Source: Terriglobia bacterium
Lineage (GTDB): Bacteria > Acidobacteriota > Terriglobia > Bryobacterales > Bryobacteraceae
Direction of reading: 5' to 3'
NCBI GenBank assembly: GCA_963791935.1
Contig: CAWBUH010000009.1
Location: forward strand, 57,108 to 121,107
Length of the DNA stretch: 64,000 nt
Part shown: one piece after another, positions 26,744-37,577 of the stretch
How positions within the stretch are numbered: the first letter of the stretch is position 1
Layout of the letters: every line of letters starts with the position of its first letter
Program-made: the position numbers and the translations under genes
The notes under the pieces: generated by a model
Databases searched by the model: none
What the model saw: the letters and a program-made list of their open reading frames with translations, nothing else
What the model was told of the DNA's origin: nothing

Positions 26744-29558
26744 ATGTCGGGAATGATCTGGCGTGTTGTTTCAAGTGCCGTGATTTGTGCTATTGCCGCA
26801 TCTGCGCTGGCAGGCGCACAACTGCGCGTGCGGATTTCCGTCGGTGAGCAGGCCAAGCAAGCTGATGCTTTCTACATCCGTATTCTGCCGGGATCTCCTT
26901 CCTCTAAAATCGACTGGGGCGGCCAGCTTTCCGGCGTTCGTCCCACGAATCTGAAGCCATGGAGCGGAACGGCTGGGGGTGGAACGACAGCCTCCGCCAG
27001 CTTTACGATTGCGTACGACGATTCGCGGGTCTCCCCGGCGCCGATGCATGTCATGTGGGCCGACCTGATCTCGCATAGCGACGCCGACACGGCCCGGCGG
27101 CTTTCGAACGACAATGGGGACGCAAGTCTTCCGGGTGCTGCCAGAATCCTGTTTGGAAGAGATCACCCGAGTGGCTTCACCGTCACGGCAAACCAGCTTT
27201 TGCAAGCGAAAGCGATTTGGATTCCTGCGTATCACACCTTTCTGACTCTTGCCGATCAGCCGGTCTCATTCGCTGATCACGTGGCGAAGCTGCAGGCCTT
27301 CGCTGGGAAACGCATCCTGGAGCAGACCGCCTCTGAGCCCGAAGCCACGTACCAGGAGTTCACGGCCAAATGGGCCGATATGGGTACCCCGCAGTACGTA
27401 CATCCGCACCAACCCGCGCCAGGGCACATTATCTGTCTTGCCTGGGATAGCAGCATACCCAAATTCGGCGTTGATCGCGCATCCGGCGTGCGGAATGATT
27501 ATGGCAACCCCGATCACTTTCGGTTCTGGTTCGGATTTGGCGATCTGGAGCAGGGCGTGATTAAGAAGCTGGCGTTCGCAACGCCTCGACAAAGGTCTGC
27601 CGATTGTGACCACGACTATTGAAGATGAAGGTATTCGCTATGAAGTGGAGCAGTTTGCCTACCCTTTGAACGGACCGCCGAGCGAGCGCCGGGGCGAGAT
27701 CAAGATGGTGCTTCTCCAGAAGGTGCGGGTAACTAACCTGGGAGACGCTCCACGTACGGTTCCGGTGAGCATGACGCATCGCCGCCAGCTTAACGTCATA
27801 GAGACCGGCGCGAATCTTGAGACTGTCAAGATCTTCAACGGGGTGGCACTTCGCGAACGAGCGCGTAAGGGCGCAGTGCTTGCCATCCAGGGCATTGATG
27901 AGCAACCGGAGTGGCACGAGACGCTGGATTATGAAAACGAAGATAAGCGCGTACCAGGCAGCGTACGCAGTGATCTAGTGGTCGCCGAACACCTGGGTGC
28001 CAAGGAGTCACACGAGTTTGTAGTGAAGCTGCCTTCGCCCGTCTTGGAATCCGATGAACTAGACACATTCGCAAAGATTGATTACGTAGCCGCAAGAGCG
28101 GAGACCGAGCGTTTCTGGAACGGATGGCTTGGCCGAGGCACACAGATCAGAGTGCCTGAAGCGGAAGTGAACGATCTGCTGCACGCATCTCTGTGGCATG
28201 CTCTGCGTTTACCGCGGCGGCACGACGGCTCGGGTGACAATCTCGTCATCGATCTCCCCTATTCCAACTTTGCGTATGCTCAAACAGGCATTCCGTGGCC
28301 CGGAGTGCAGTCTATCTATGTCGATTACATGCTCTTTGAACTACGCGGATACTTCTCGGTGGCGCTCGAGAACCTGCTACAGGAGTTCCGGCTGAATCAA
28401 GACGCCAACGGCCATGTAAGCGGCTTTGCGAACTGGACCATGTATACGCCTTCGATGCTGTACGCCTCGGCTCAGTATTATCTCCTCTCGCACGACCGAA
28501 AGGGCTTTGAAGCATTGCTGCCCTATGCGCTCAAAGCATTAGACTGGTGCGAGAGCGAGTCAAAACAGGCGCGGTCCCGAGATCAGTTTGGAGGCCTTGT
28601 AGATGGCCCACTCAACGACGGTACGGGCGAAGGCATATGGGCCATCAATCAGGCGTATATGTACGCGGGCTTGGAGCGCTTTGCAACAGCACTCCGCGAG
28701 ATAGGCGACTCGCATGCGCAAGAGGCACGCGACGAAGCGCAGAAGCTTCTTGCTGCCACCGAGACCGGGTTTGAAGAGGCAACGACAAAGGCCCCGCTGG
28801 TTCAACTGCGCGATCACACGTGGCAGCCCTACGTTCCTTCTGATGCAAAGACTCCGCGGCGATTGATGGAGATCTGGTATCCGACGGACGTGGACACCGG
28901 CCCCTTGCATCTCCTTCGTTTGAAGGCGCTCCCTTCTGATGGGAGACTTGCGGATTTTCTTCTGAATGACCACGAAGACAATCTGTTTCTCAAGGGATGG
29001 GGTGCCGCCAATGAGCCGGTTTATGCGCCGCAAGGGCTCGCTTATCTGTACCGCGACGATGCAGCAGCTGCGATTCGGACCTTCTACAGCCAGATGGCCT
29101 GCGCTTTCAGTCACACAGTCTTTGAACCTGTGGAACACAGGTGGATGCATGGGCAGTATTTCGGCCCGCCGAGCACCGACGGCTCCTGGTTCGAGCTGCT
29201 GCGCCATATGCTCGTCCGCGAAGTCGATGACCAGACACTCCTCATAGGGCAAGCTACCCCACGCCCTTGGCTCGCCGACGGTAAGCAGATCGAAGTGGAA
29301 AAGCTCCCGACTGTCTTCGGCGATGTCTCTTTGCAGATCATCAGCCATATCAATGCGAACACAATCTCTGCCAAAGTCGACCTCGCTTCGTCCGGTAAGC
29401 TTGGCTTAGTTTATGTCCGGCTGCGTCATCCCGAGAAGAAGCCAATCAGGAGCGTCATGGTGAACGGTAAGGAATGGCTTGATTTTGACGTGAAGAACGA
29501 GTGGGTGAAGTTGGAAAAGCCCAACCAGACCCACTACGATATCTCGGTGAGGTATTAG
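26744..29558 (+). pseudogene. Large secreted hypothetical protein (C-terminal part looks (alpha/alpha)6-glycosidase-like), probably frameshifted near 27561-27569
   Basis: ORF 26744..27622 has a signal peptide. ORF 27606..29558 has a GTG start and no signal peptide, and overlaps it by 17 nt in another frame. The second frame is open from 27561 and reads ..SWRSQRLDKGLPIVTTTIEDEGIRYE. Removing one A from ttaagaagc would fuse the two into about 938 codons. Confidence 0.5.
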
Positions 29559-29565
29559 ACCGCTG

Positions 29566-30402
29566 CTAAGCGAGTCCGAGCAAGGACAACGTGTCCCGAT
29601 GAAACATTTGCTCCATTGCTTCGGTATCTAACCGGGGCAGGGCAGTGCCTTCGAGCATTTGATTGAGGTCACGCATTCCTTGTAAGCTGGCGTCCACGGT
29701 GGTGAACGGGTAGTCGCTCCCGAACAGAAGCTTATTCCACACGCCATACTCTTGCAAGAGCATGAGCGAATGATACAGCTGGAATGGCCTGTAATGGAGC
29801 GCCGAGCAATCGGCATATACGTTCGGGTGCTTGCGAATGGTCACTACGCATTCGCCTTCGTATGGGTGCGAGAGATGAGCCATGATGATCCTGACATCCG
29901 GGAAACGGATAGCGACGTCGTCGATCAGAATAGGCAAGGTATGTTTCAGGGGTGCCTGCCGAATGAACGTGGTGCCGGTATGGCAAAGAACCGGTAAGCC
30001 ATTCTGGGAAGCGTATTGCCACAGGTAATCGAGCTCGCGATCATTAGGCGAAAAGCCTGCATACATAGGCATCAGCTTGATGCCTTTCAAACGGAGATTC
30101 TTGTGGCCTTCTTCAAGCTCCTCCCGCCAGCCGGGCTGCGTAGGATCAAGCGCCATGAAGCCGATCAGCCGCTCGGGCTGCTCTCCCACATATTGTGCGA
30201 CTTCATGGTCAGGAACCCATAGACCTGATAAACGGGCTTTGCCTCCGAACACGATTGTTTTAGCGGCCCCGGTGGCGCCGGCCGCGTACTCAGGCCAGCG
30301 CACGGTCAGATCTATTTTCCTGCCCTTCTTCGCCTGCAGGACGAAGTCAGGCGTGAAATGGGCAGGATCGCGAAAGTAATGACTGTGTACGTCTACAACC
30401 AT
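29566..30402 (-). CDS. Amidohydrolase_2 (PF04909-type) family metal-dependent hydrolase
   Basis: The N-terminus VVDVHSHYF and later ..HTG.., ..MAHL.. and ..GSDYPF.. blocks are typical. It starts 18 nt after the upstream TBDR stop. Confidence 0.75.
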   Translation of the reverse strand: MVVDVHSHYFRDPAHFTPDFVLQAKKGRKIDLTVRWPEYAAGATGAAKTIVFGGKARLSGLWVPDHEVAQYVGEQPERLIGFMALDPTQPGWREELEEGHKNLRLKGIKLMPMYAGFSPNDRELDYLWQYASQNGLPVLCHTGTTFIRQAPLKHTLPILIDDVAIRFPDVRIIMAHLSHPYEGECVVTIRKHPNVYADCSALHYRPFQLYHSLMLLQEYGVWNKLLFGSDYPFTTVDASLQGMRDLNQMLEGTALPRLDTEAMEQMFHRDTLSLLGLA

Positions 30403-30420
30403 GATGGAGAGCCAATTTCC

Positions 30421-33400
30421 TCAAAAGGTAAACTTCGCGCCGAGCTGTATTTGTCTCGAAGTTGTTGTGGTGGAACTGATCGTTCCGGCAGACGTCGTGT
30501 TGATGTAGCTGTTCGGGCCCGCGAAGTTCGGATGATTAGCGATGTTAAATACCTCGCCACGTACCTGGAGATTGTAGCGCTCGGCCAATTTGAAGTTCTT
30601 CAGCAGCGCGCAATCGAGATCGATCAGGTTCGGCCCCCGCAGGATTCCTTTGCCCGCGTTACCGAATTGGCCAAGTGGCGCGAGTTGAAACGCTGCAGGA
30701 TTGAACCACTGTGCCGGATCGTGGTTGCCCGGCAGATATTTCGCCGCCCCTGGGACCACATCGGGTCTGTCGGCATAGGTCAACGTTTGGCTGTTATCTC
30801 CGCTGATCAGAGGCGTCACCGGAAAACCCCCTTGGTACGTGAAGATGCCTGAAATCTCCCAACCACCCGCAATCGCATTCAACACGCGTTGCGAATGAAA
30901 CGACGGGATGTCGTAGACGATGCTTTGCACGAAGCGGTGCCGAAAGTCTGAAGCGGAAGGTCCGTAATCGCAGCGGAAACAGTATTGATTCTGGAAACCG
31001 GGATCGCCCGGAGCCGATGCCGCATCGCCGGTGGAGATGTTGTCGAGGTTCTTCGACCAGGTATATGAGGTAATCAACGAAAGCCCGGCAGAGAAGCGCT
31101 TTTCTGCTTTAAGAAGCAGTGCATTGTAATTGCCAAATTGGATGTTCGTCAGGTAGTTTATGTAGCTGTAATCCGGGTAGGGAAGTAGAAACGTTCCGTG
31201 CTGCAGCGGCGAATCGATGTTACGGAATGCAGCAAATTTTGTATTCTTCTGCCAGTTATAGTCTGCTTCTATCAGCAATGTTGACCCGATCTGCTCTTGC
31301 ACGCCGAACGAGGCCTGTTGCTGATAGCCGATACGGAGGTTCGTGTCGAAGGCTTCAATGCTGGGGGCAGGGGGACTGGCAGCGGACGACGCGCCGAATA
31401 CGTTTTGCAGCGGAACGGTCGGAAACGCGGTCAGCGAGCTGTTCAGGAAGTAAAACGGAAACAGCGAAAACGGTGGATTAGTGCGTGTTTGCTCGGTGTT
31501 GTTTTCCTGCAGAACGTCATAGAAGATGCCATAACCGCCTCGTATAACGGTGGACTTGTGCCCGAAAGGCGAGTAAGCAAATCCGAATCTCGGGGCGAAG
31601 TTATTCCAATCCGGGCGGACGTTTGCGGTTCGACTCACGCCATCCCTTCCGGCCACAATCAGTTGTCCTGTGCTCGGGTCGAAATTCGAAAGCCGGTTGT
31701 ACTTCTCGTAGAACGGGCCGTCGTACTCCCAACGAAGTCCCAGATTCAGCGTCAGCCCGGACCTGACTCGCCATTCATCGTTGAAGAACCATCGGGTGTT
31801 GTTGCGAAACAGATAACCTCCGCTATCGCCCGATTGCACTTGTGCCGAGGCAGGGTAGCCCAGGAGAAAGTCCGCGAACGAGTTCCCTGTGCTGCCGGGC
31901 GCGTTCGGATTGGCTGTTAGGGTTCCATCAAAGTTGAACTGCCCTTGCGGAAAGCTGGGGGCAGCGTCCATGAAGACCTGCCAACGAGCGTAATTCAGCC
32001 CCATAGTCAAGGTATGATTCGCAATCAGCTTAGTGAGCTTTCCCGAATACTCAAATTGATTGTCGGCGCGAAACTCAGGGGCATAGGGGTTCGAACCGGG
32101 ATTGGACAGTCCGGAAATCCCGGAGTTAAACGGCTCGTTTCCGAGCACGCCTTCCACGTTGTTCGCCTGGTTGAAGTTGTCACCAACGGTCTTCGGGAGA
32201 AGCTGAAAGTACTGGCGGAAAAAGGAGACGCGAAGATCGAGCACGGTGGACGGATTGAAGGTGTGATCGTCCGCCAAAACGAAGTTTCTGGTATTGATAA
32301 CGTCGTTGTCACCAAATCCCGGAAGGGCGCCTGAATTGAAGGTTCCCCTGGCAAGCGAGAGTGTCGAGTTATTGAAACTCACACGCCCGAAAATCGAATC
32401 TTTCGGCCTGGAGTAATCAACCCGAATGTTGAACTGCTGCCGGTTTACGCGATCCACGTCGTTGGCTGCGTAATTGTTGACCAGCCCGCTCGTGGTCGGC
32501 AGCGGGAAAAATTGCTGCAAATAGGCAGAGCTCACCGGATTCACGAGTCCCGACGGAATACGATTGCCCGGGAACTGCGCTCTTTGGAAGCCGCTCGAGC
32601 ACGTTGCGCAAGGGAGCGTGGTGAACGGATTGAACACGTTCGAGCCAACCTCTGAGAAGTCCCCCTGTCGTTGCAGGAGAGTCGGAACAGTGCCGAAAAA
32701 TGTTTGTCCTATGCGCTGGAGATTGCCTTCGTAATCCCCGAAGTAGAAAAGCTTATCTTTCACAATCGGTCCCCCTAGGGTTGCACCGAACTGATTTTTG
32801 CGCAGTTCCGGGATGCGCTGATCCGGATTGTCGAAGTAGTTTTTGGCATCGAAGTAATCATTGCGCACGAATTCATAGACCGAGCCGTGCAGCTGGTTGG
32901 TGCCATTCTTGGTCATTAGAATGATCTGCGCGCCGGGACTGGTGCCCAACTCGGCTGAGTACGGCGTCGTTTCAATCTTAAATTCTTGAACAGCCTCGAT
33001 CGAGGGAACAAATGAGCCGTTGATCAGGTAGGACTTAATGTCAGCGCCGTCCAGTGAGAATGCGTTTCTATCCTCGCCGGCGCTGCCGGAGATCACTGAG
33101 CCCGCGTTGTCGGTGAGTGCGGAGTTGTAGAAGCTGCTCTTCCCGTAAGTCCCGGTGCCAGGGCTCAACAGTGCGAGCTGTAGATAGTTCCTGTCATTGA
33201 GTGGCAATTGACTCATCATGACCGGACCGATCACCTGGCCCACGGTGGCGTCGGTGGTCGCAAGCAGCGGAGGCGCAGCCTCCACCGAAACCGATTGCGT
33301 TACGTCGCCGACCTGCAGTTGCAGGTCTACTTGAGCGGCCTGCGCAACGTCCAGCGTAAAAGCTGAACGCTGCGTCCGTTTGAATCCTTTTGCCTCGGCA

Positions 33401-33657
33401 GTGACCGTGTAGGGATCGGGAACCAGATCTGCCACCTTGTAAGCTCCAGTGGAGTTGGTGCTCGCCGTCCGAACAACGTTGGTACGCGCGTCTGTGACGG
33501 AGACCGCCACGCCCGCAACGGCTGCTCCGCTCGGATCTGTGATCGTGCCCGAGATCGAACCTCGCTCCTGCGCCTGAGCGTTCAGGGCAGCGAACGAACA
33601 CATGAAAGACAGAAGAAAAAGACGCGACTTCGAATGATTGTAGATTCGGCTCATCAC
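30421..33657 (-). CDS. TonB-dependent receptor with N-terminal carboxypeptidase-regulatory-like domain
   Basis: Signal peptide, ..GSISGTITDPSGAAVAGVAVSVTDARTNVVRTASTNSTGAYKVADLVPDPYTVTAEAKGFK.., LNDRNY, and a barrel ending ..LGAKFTF. Confidence 0.9.
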   Translation of the reverse strand: MMSRIYNHSKSRLFLLSFMCSFAALNAQAQERGSISGTITDPSGAAVAGVAVSVTDARTNVVRTASTNSTGAYKVADLVPDPYTVTAEAKGFKRTQRSAFTLDVAQAAQVDLQLQVGDVTQSVSVEAAPPLLATTDATVGQVIGPVMMSQLPLNDRNYLQLALLSPGTGTYGKSSFYNSALTDNAGSVISGSAGEDRNAFSLDGADIKSYLINGSFVPSIEAVQEFKIETTPYSAELGTSPGAQIILMTKNGTNQLHGSVYEFVRNDYFDAKNYFDNPDQRIPELRKNQFGATLGGPIVKDKLFYFGDYEGNLQRIGQTFFGTVPTLLQRQGDFSEVGSNVFNPFTTLPCATCSSGFQRAQFPGNRIPSGLVNPVSSAYLQQFFPLPTTSGLVNNYAANDVDRVNRQQFNIRVDYSRPKDSIFGRVSFNNSTLSLARGTFNSGALPGFGDNDVINTRNFVLADDHTFNPSTVLDLRVSFFRQYFQLLPKTVGDNFNQANNVEGVLGNEPFNSGISGLSNPGSNPYAPEFRADNQFEYSGKLTKLIANHTLTMGLNYARWQVFMDAAPSFPQGQFNFDGTLTANPNAPGSTGNSFADFLLGYPASAQVQSGDSGGYLFRNNTRWFFNDEWRVRSGLTLNLGLRWEYDGPFYEKYNRLSNFDPSTGQLIVAGRDGVSRTANVRPDWNNFAPRFGFAYSPFGHKSTVIRGGYGIFYDVLQENNTEQTRTNPPFSLFPFYFLNSSLTAFPTVPLQNVFGASSAASPPAPSIEAFDTNLRIGYQQQASFGVQEQIGSTLLIEADYNWQKNTKFAAFRNIDSPLQHGTFLLPYPDYSYINYLTNIQFGNYNALLLKAEKRFSAGLSLITSYTWSKNLDNISTGDAASAPGDPGFQNQYCFRCDYGPSASDFRHRFVQSIVYDIPSFHSQRVLNAIAGGWEISGIFTYQGGFPVTPLISGDNSQTLTYADRPDVVPGAAKYLPGNHDPAQWFNPAAFQLAPLGQFGNAGKGILRGPNLIDLDCALLKNFKLAERYNLQVRGEVFNIANHPNFAGPNSYINTTSAGTISSTTTTSRQIQLGAKFTF

Positions 33658-34038
33658 ACTCCGTTATCGGAGGCTCTTCTCATGCTCGGCACGGAGCGTG
33701 AAAGCGGCTCTTCCGGGTCGCCCTCATTCTAAGGGGAAATCCACAGGGAACGCTCGGTCGGCAAATGGAAAGAACTGCCCGTGTTCAGCCTGTTGATCGG
33801 AAAGTAGGGATGGGCGCCAGCGGTACTGGGTATACGTGTTTCGTCCTTTCGTCGTCGCTCAAGAGAAGATCGGAACTCAGGTTCATTCAGTTACTCTCGA
33901 TCGATTTGTTGCTGATTCTGGGCCTTGGACGGGTGGCAAAGAAACGTCTCCGCCGGCTGAGGGTTACGTTCTCCCCCAAAAGCTTGCTGTAAGCCGGTAG
34001 GAGAATTGTTTCGGGCAGCAACTGGAGGCGCGAAGGCT

Positions 34039-35160
34039 ATGCTGAATGACTTGTCACCTATGTCAGCCGGATACTCTGCCAAACCCGAACAGCGCTTGCT
34101 GTCGCTCGATGTCTTCCGCGGGATCACCATCCTTTTCATGGTCCTGGTGAACAACGCCGGTGGTTCTGTTTCGTATAGCCAGCTGCAACACTCGCAATGG
34201 CACGGCTGGACACTGACCGATTGCGTCTTTCCGTCCTTTCTGTGGATCGTCGGAGTTGCCATTACTCTGTCTTTGAGCAAGAAGCTGAGCTTCGGACACT
34301 CGCCTGCTCAGCTCTTACCCAAGATCCTTCGTCGAACAGCAATCCTCTATGTTCTTGGACTGCTCATCTACGTTTATCCGACCATGAACATCTCCCACCA
34401 GAGACTGCTCGGCGTTTTACAGCGCATCGCCATCTGTTACTTCATCGTGTCGCTGATCTACCTCTATACAGGAGTTCGCACCCAGATCGCTTTCATTCTG
34501 CTGCTGTTTGCTCTGTATTGGGTGATGATGACGCGCATTCCTGTACCGGGCTATGGCGCCGGCGATTTAAGCGTGGAAGGTAATTTTGCCCACTACATAG
34601 ACCGACTTGTATTGGGTACCCACAATTACCGCTCTACGCGCACTTGGGATCCGGAAGGCATCGTTAGCACCTTACCAGCTATAGCCACCACGCTTCTGGG
34701 CGTGATGGCCGGCCATATCCTTCGCCTCGATTTGGCGATGGCAGTTCGCAGGAATCGGCTTATTCTAATCGGCGCATGTCTGCTTGCCACCGGTCTGGTT
34801 TGGAATGTTTGGTTACCAATCAATAAGAAGCTTTGGACCGATTCGTTCGCGACTTTCATGGCTGGTCTCGATTTCGTTTTTATTGCAGCACTGATCTGGA
34901 TTGTCGATGAGCGCCACGCGAGCAGGTATTTGAAACCATTTGTGATCACGGGCATGAACGCGATTGTGGTCTATGTTGCCTCGGAGTTCCTTTCGGAGTT
35001 GCTGGACGGCACCTCGCTGCATCAGGTGATCTACAACAAGTTCTTCGTCCCGCTAGCGTCTCCCCTGAATGCCTCGTTGCTTTGGGCGCTGGCGTTCACT
35101 GCCCTCATGTACCTCGTCAGCTATGTCATGTACCGGCGCCGCTGGTTTGTTCGTATCTGA
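34039..35160 (+). CDS. Heparan-alpha-glucosaminide N-acetyltransferase-like (DUF1624/DUF5009 acyltransferase_3-type) membrane protein
   Basis: RLLSLDVFRGITILFMVLVNNAG...HSQWHGWTLTDCVFPSFLWIVGVAI matches the conserved HGSNAT-like N-terminal blocks. About 10 TM segments. The ATG at 34039 is preceded by ggagg; the longest ORF starts at TTG 34006. Confidence 0.7.
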   Translation: MLNDLSPMSAGYSAKPEQRLLSLDVFRGITILFMVLVNNAGGSVSYSQLQHSQWHGWTLTDCVFPSFLWIVGVAITLSLSKKLSFGHSPAQLLPKILRRTAILYVLGLLIYVYPTMNISHQRLLGVLQRIAICYFIVSLIYLYTGVRTQIAFILLLFALYWVMMTRIPVPGYGAGDLSVEGNFAHYIDRLVLGTHNYRSTRTWDPEGIVSTLPAIATTLLGVMAGHILRLDLAMAVRRNRLILIGACLLATGLVWNVWLPINKKLWTDSFATFMAGLDFVFIAALIWIVDERHASRYLKPFVITGMNAIVVYVASEFLSELLDGTSLHQVIYNKFFVPLASPLNASLLWALAFTALMYLVSYVMYRRRWFVRI

Positions 35161-35162
35161 CA

Positions 35163-35178
35163 GGCTCGGTGTCGAGCC
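35163..35178. terminator. Short perfect hairpin between convergent genes (weak bidirectional terminator candidate)
   Basis: ggctcg-gtgt-cgagcc forms a 6-bp stem with a 4-nt loop, directly after the stop at 35160 and before the convergent stop at 35190. There is no clear U-tract. Confidence 0.2.
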
Positions 35179-35189
35179 GTCCAAATTGA

Positions 35190-36104
35190 CTAGTTCCACG
35201 CTTTCTCTATGAGTTGCTCAAGGTAGACTTTCGAGGCGGCGATGTCGCGCTCCTGCTCCGGACCGGATGTTTCGCGCTCGATCGTAATCGGCCCATCATA
35301 GTTCAGCCGATGGAGTGCTCCAAAGACTTCAGGAAAACGAACGCGGCCTTTGCCGATGGGAACTTCCTGACCCAGACCGTAAGCATCCTGCGGATAATTG
35401 CCGTCTTTTGCGTGCAAGCCTCGAACATGGCTTCCAAGGACGTCCAGCGCTCCCACCGGTTCGCCCTTGCCATACAGGATGAGGTTAGCCACGTCTAGAT
35501 TGACGGCTAGATTATCCATTCCGACATCGTCGATCGTGCGCTTCAATGTGATCGGCGTTTCCTGCCCCGTTTCCATAAGGAAGGTCTGGCCATTGTTGCG
35601 GAGATGGGTCGCCACTTCTTTGATCACCTGGACAGACTCGGCATAGAGCGGCTCATTTGGGTCTTCCGGTATGAAGCCGCAATGCGTGTGAACTGCTTTT
35701 ACACCACAAGCCTTGGCTAAGGTGGAAGCACGCTTTAGCGCGGCTACTCGTTCTGCACGAGTGCTCGGAGGGATAATCCCAATAGTCTTTGGACCGTCAC
35801 GCAGAGTCCACACCATCCGGCCCCCACCGAGCGTCATCAGGGCGGTGACCGTCACATCGTATTTCGCGGCGGCATTGCGAATGGGAAGAGCTAGCTCAGG
35901 CGGAGCCATCCCAACAGACAGTTGGCAGGTCGAGAAGCCGAGGCGTTTGAGCGCCGCCAGTGCCTTTTCCGGAGTGTTTCTCTGATTCACCTGAACGACT
36001 AAGCCCAGCCGTGGTCGCTTCGGTGAGGATGATGCCTGCGAGCAGGCTGCCGCCCCGGCCATCACCAATCCTGCTCCGATGAAATTTCTTCTGCTGTTGT
36101 CCAT
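35190..36104 (-). CDS. Sugar phosphate isomerase/epimerase (xylose-isomerase-like TIM barrel) with Tat-type signal
   Basis: The N-terminus is MDNSRRNFIGAGLVMAGAAA (twin-arginine-like). The body is typical of AP_endonuc_2/xylose isomerase-like TIM proteins. Confidence 0.8.
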   Translation of the reverse strand: MDNSRRNFIGAGLVMAGAAACSQASSSPKRPRLGLVVQVNQRNTPEKALAALKRLGFSTCQLSVGMAPPELALPIRNAAAKYDVTVTALMTLGGGRMVWTLRDGPKTIGIIPPSTRAERVAALKRASTLAKACGVKAVHTHCGFIPEDPNEPLYAESVQVIKEVATHLRNNGQTFLMETGQETPITLKRTIDDVGMDNLAVNLDVANLILYGKGEPVGALDVLGSHVRGLHAKDGNYPQDAYGLGQEVPIGKGRVRFPEVFGALHRLNYDGPITIERETSGPEQERDIAASKVYLEQLIEKAWN

Positions 36105-36124
36105 AGCGGTGTGGATGAAATCCG

Positions 36125-37500
36125 TTACAGCATGCGCATGTTAACCGGATCCCAGGAAACCATTCGCCGTTCGAAGTAAGAGACGTTCGACATCAGTGCG
36201 GGGCCGGCTGCTCGCAAGACCGAAAACTGCGTCTTCAATCACGGGCGTTCGAGTGCGAATCGCACGTTGGAAAGTTTCGTGATGCGCCACCTGCTCGGAG
36301 TAGCCTCTCGGGCAGAAAGTACGTCTCAAGCGCCTCCGAACCCATAGACTCGGCCGTTTCCGGACGTGGCGGATACTTCGCACTGTGCTCGGCAAGAACC
36401 TGCTCCTCGATTTTCTTGGAAAAGGTGGCGGCGGTTGTCCCAGGATCGAGTTCGCGAGGACGTTTGGAAATGGATAGCGAGTTGCCCACCGAGAGATTGA
36501 GAACGCCTTCCGTGCCAATGAAGCGGAAGGCCTGCGAATCCGCGCCTTCGCCGCTACCCGCTTCGAAGTTCACGCTGAAGTTGATCTGAAAGCCCGGATG
36601 GGACGGTGTCTCCGGATAGCTATACAGGCCGGTCATCAGATCCGGCACGTCACGGCCGTCTTTCCATTAGTAAAGGCCACCGGTGGCTGCAATGCGGTCG
36701 GGACCTGTGCTGTCCATAACGAAGTGAATGCCGGTAAAGAGATGGACAAAGAGATCGCCTGGTATGCCGGTTCCATAAGCTCGATAGTTTCGCCACCGGA
36801 ACAGGCGCACCGGGTCGAAAGGACATTTGGGCGCACTTCCGAGAAATTGATTCCAGTCGATGGTGTCCGTGGAGGCGTCAGGTGGAACGGTGTACTGCCA
36901 GGCGCCAAGCGATGAGTTGCGATTTATATAAGCCTCGATCAGGTGGATCTGGCCGATCGCGCCGCTTTTGACGAGTTCCTTGGCTTTGGCATAGAGAATC
37001 GAACTCACGCGTTGACTGCCAACCTGGAGAATTCGCCCGGTCTGCTTTTGCGCCTCGATAACCTTGTGGCCGTCCGGCACTTCGCGAACCATTGGCTTCT
37101 GGCAATAAACATCTTTGCCTGCGTGCATGGCGTCAACAGCGATGCGCGCATGCCAATGGTCGGGGGTGGCAACAATAACCCCGTCGATATCGGGCCGCGC
37201 GAGTAACTCGCGATAGTCACGCGTGGTGAAAACGTCTCGTCCGTAACGTTCCTGGGCAAGCGTACGGCGACCATCATAAACATCGGAAACAGCGACGATC
37301 TTCACGCCAGGCAGAGCCGATTCCGTGTGCATATCGCCCTGGCCCATGATGCCGAAGCCGATGCAACCGATTTGGACGTGATCGTTCGGCGAGACTGCTT
37401 TGGCAGGCTCTTGAGAAGCCGCGGCAGCGGCTTCGGTCAGGGCAAGACCGGACGCGGCGACGCCGCTACTATGCAGGAAATGTCGACGAGTGATAGGCAT
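36125..37500 (-). pseudogene. Gfo/Idh/MocA family oxidoreductase with Tat signal, decayed (one in-frame TAA plus two frameshifts)
   Basis: The N-terminus is MPITRRHFLHSSGVAASGLAL, with Rossmann motif IGCIGFGIMGQ. It reads ..ATGGLY-TAA(36667-36669)-WKDGRDVPDLMTGLY in the same frame. The frame changes near 36303-36312 (..YFLPE / [29 protein letters not shown]). It changes again near 36211-36216 (..GLA / [28 protein letters not shown]-stop at 36125-36127). Confidence 0.8.
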
Positions 37501-37577
37501 AATTAAACGCGTGTCCCCCAGGATGACACGCTCTTTCGCGAGCCGATAGCCTAGCTAAGGCGGCACGCCACCCCGGC

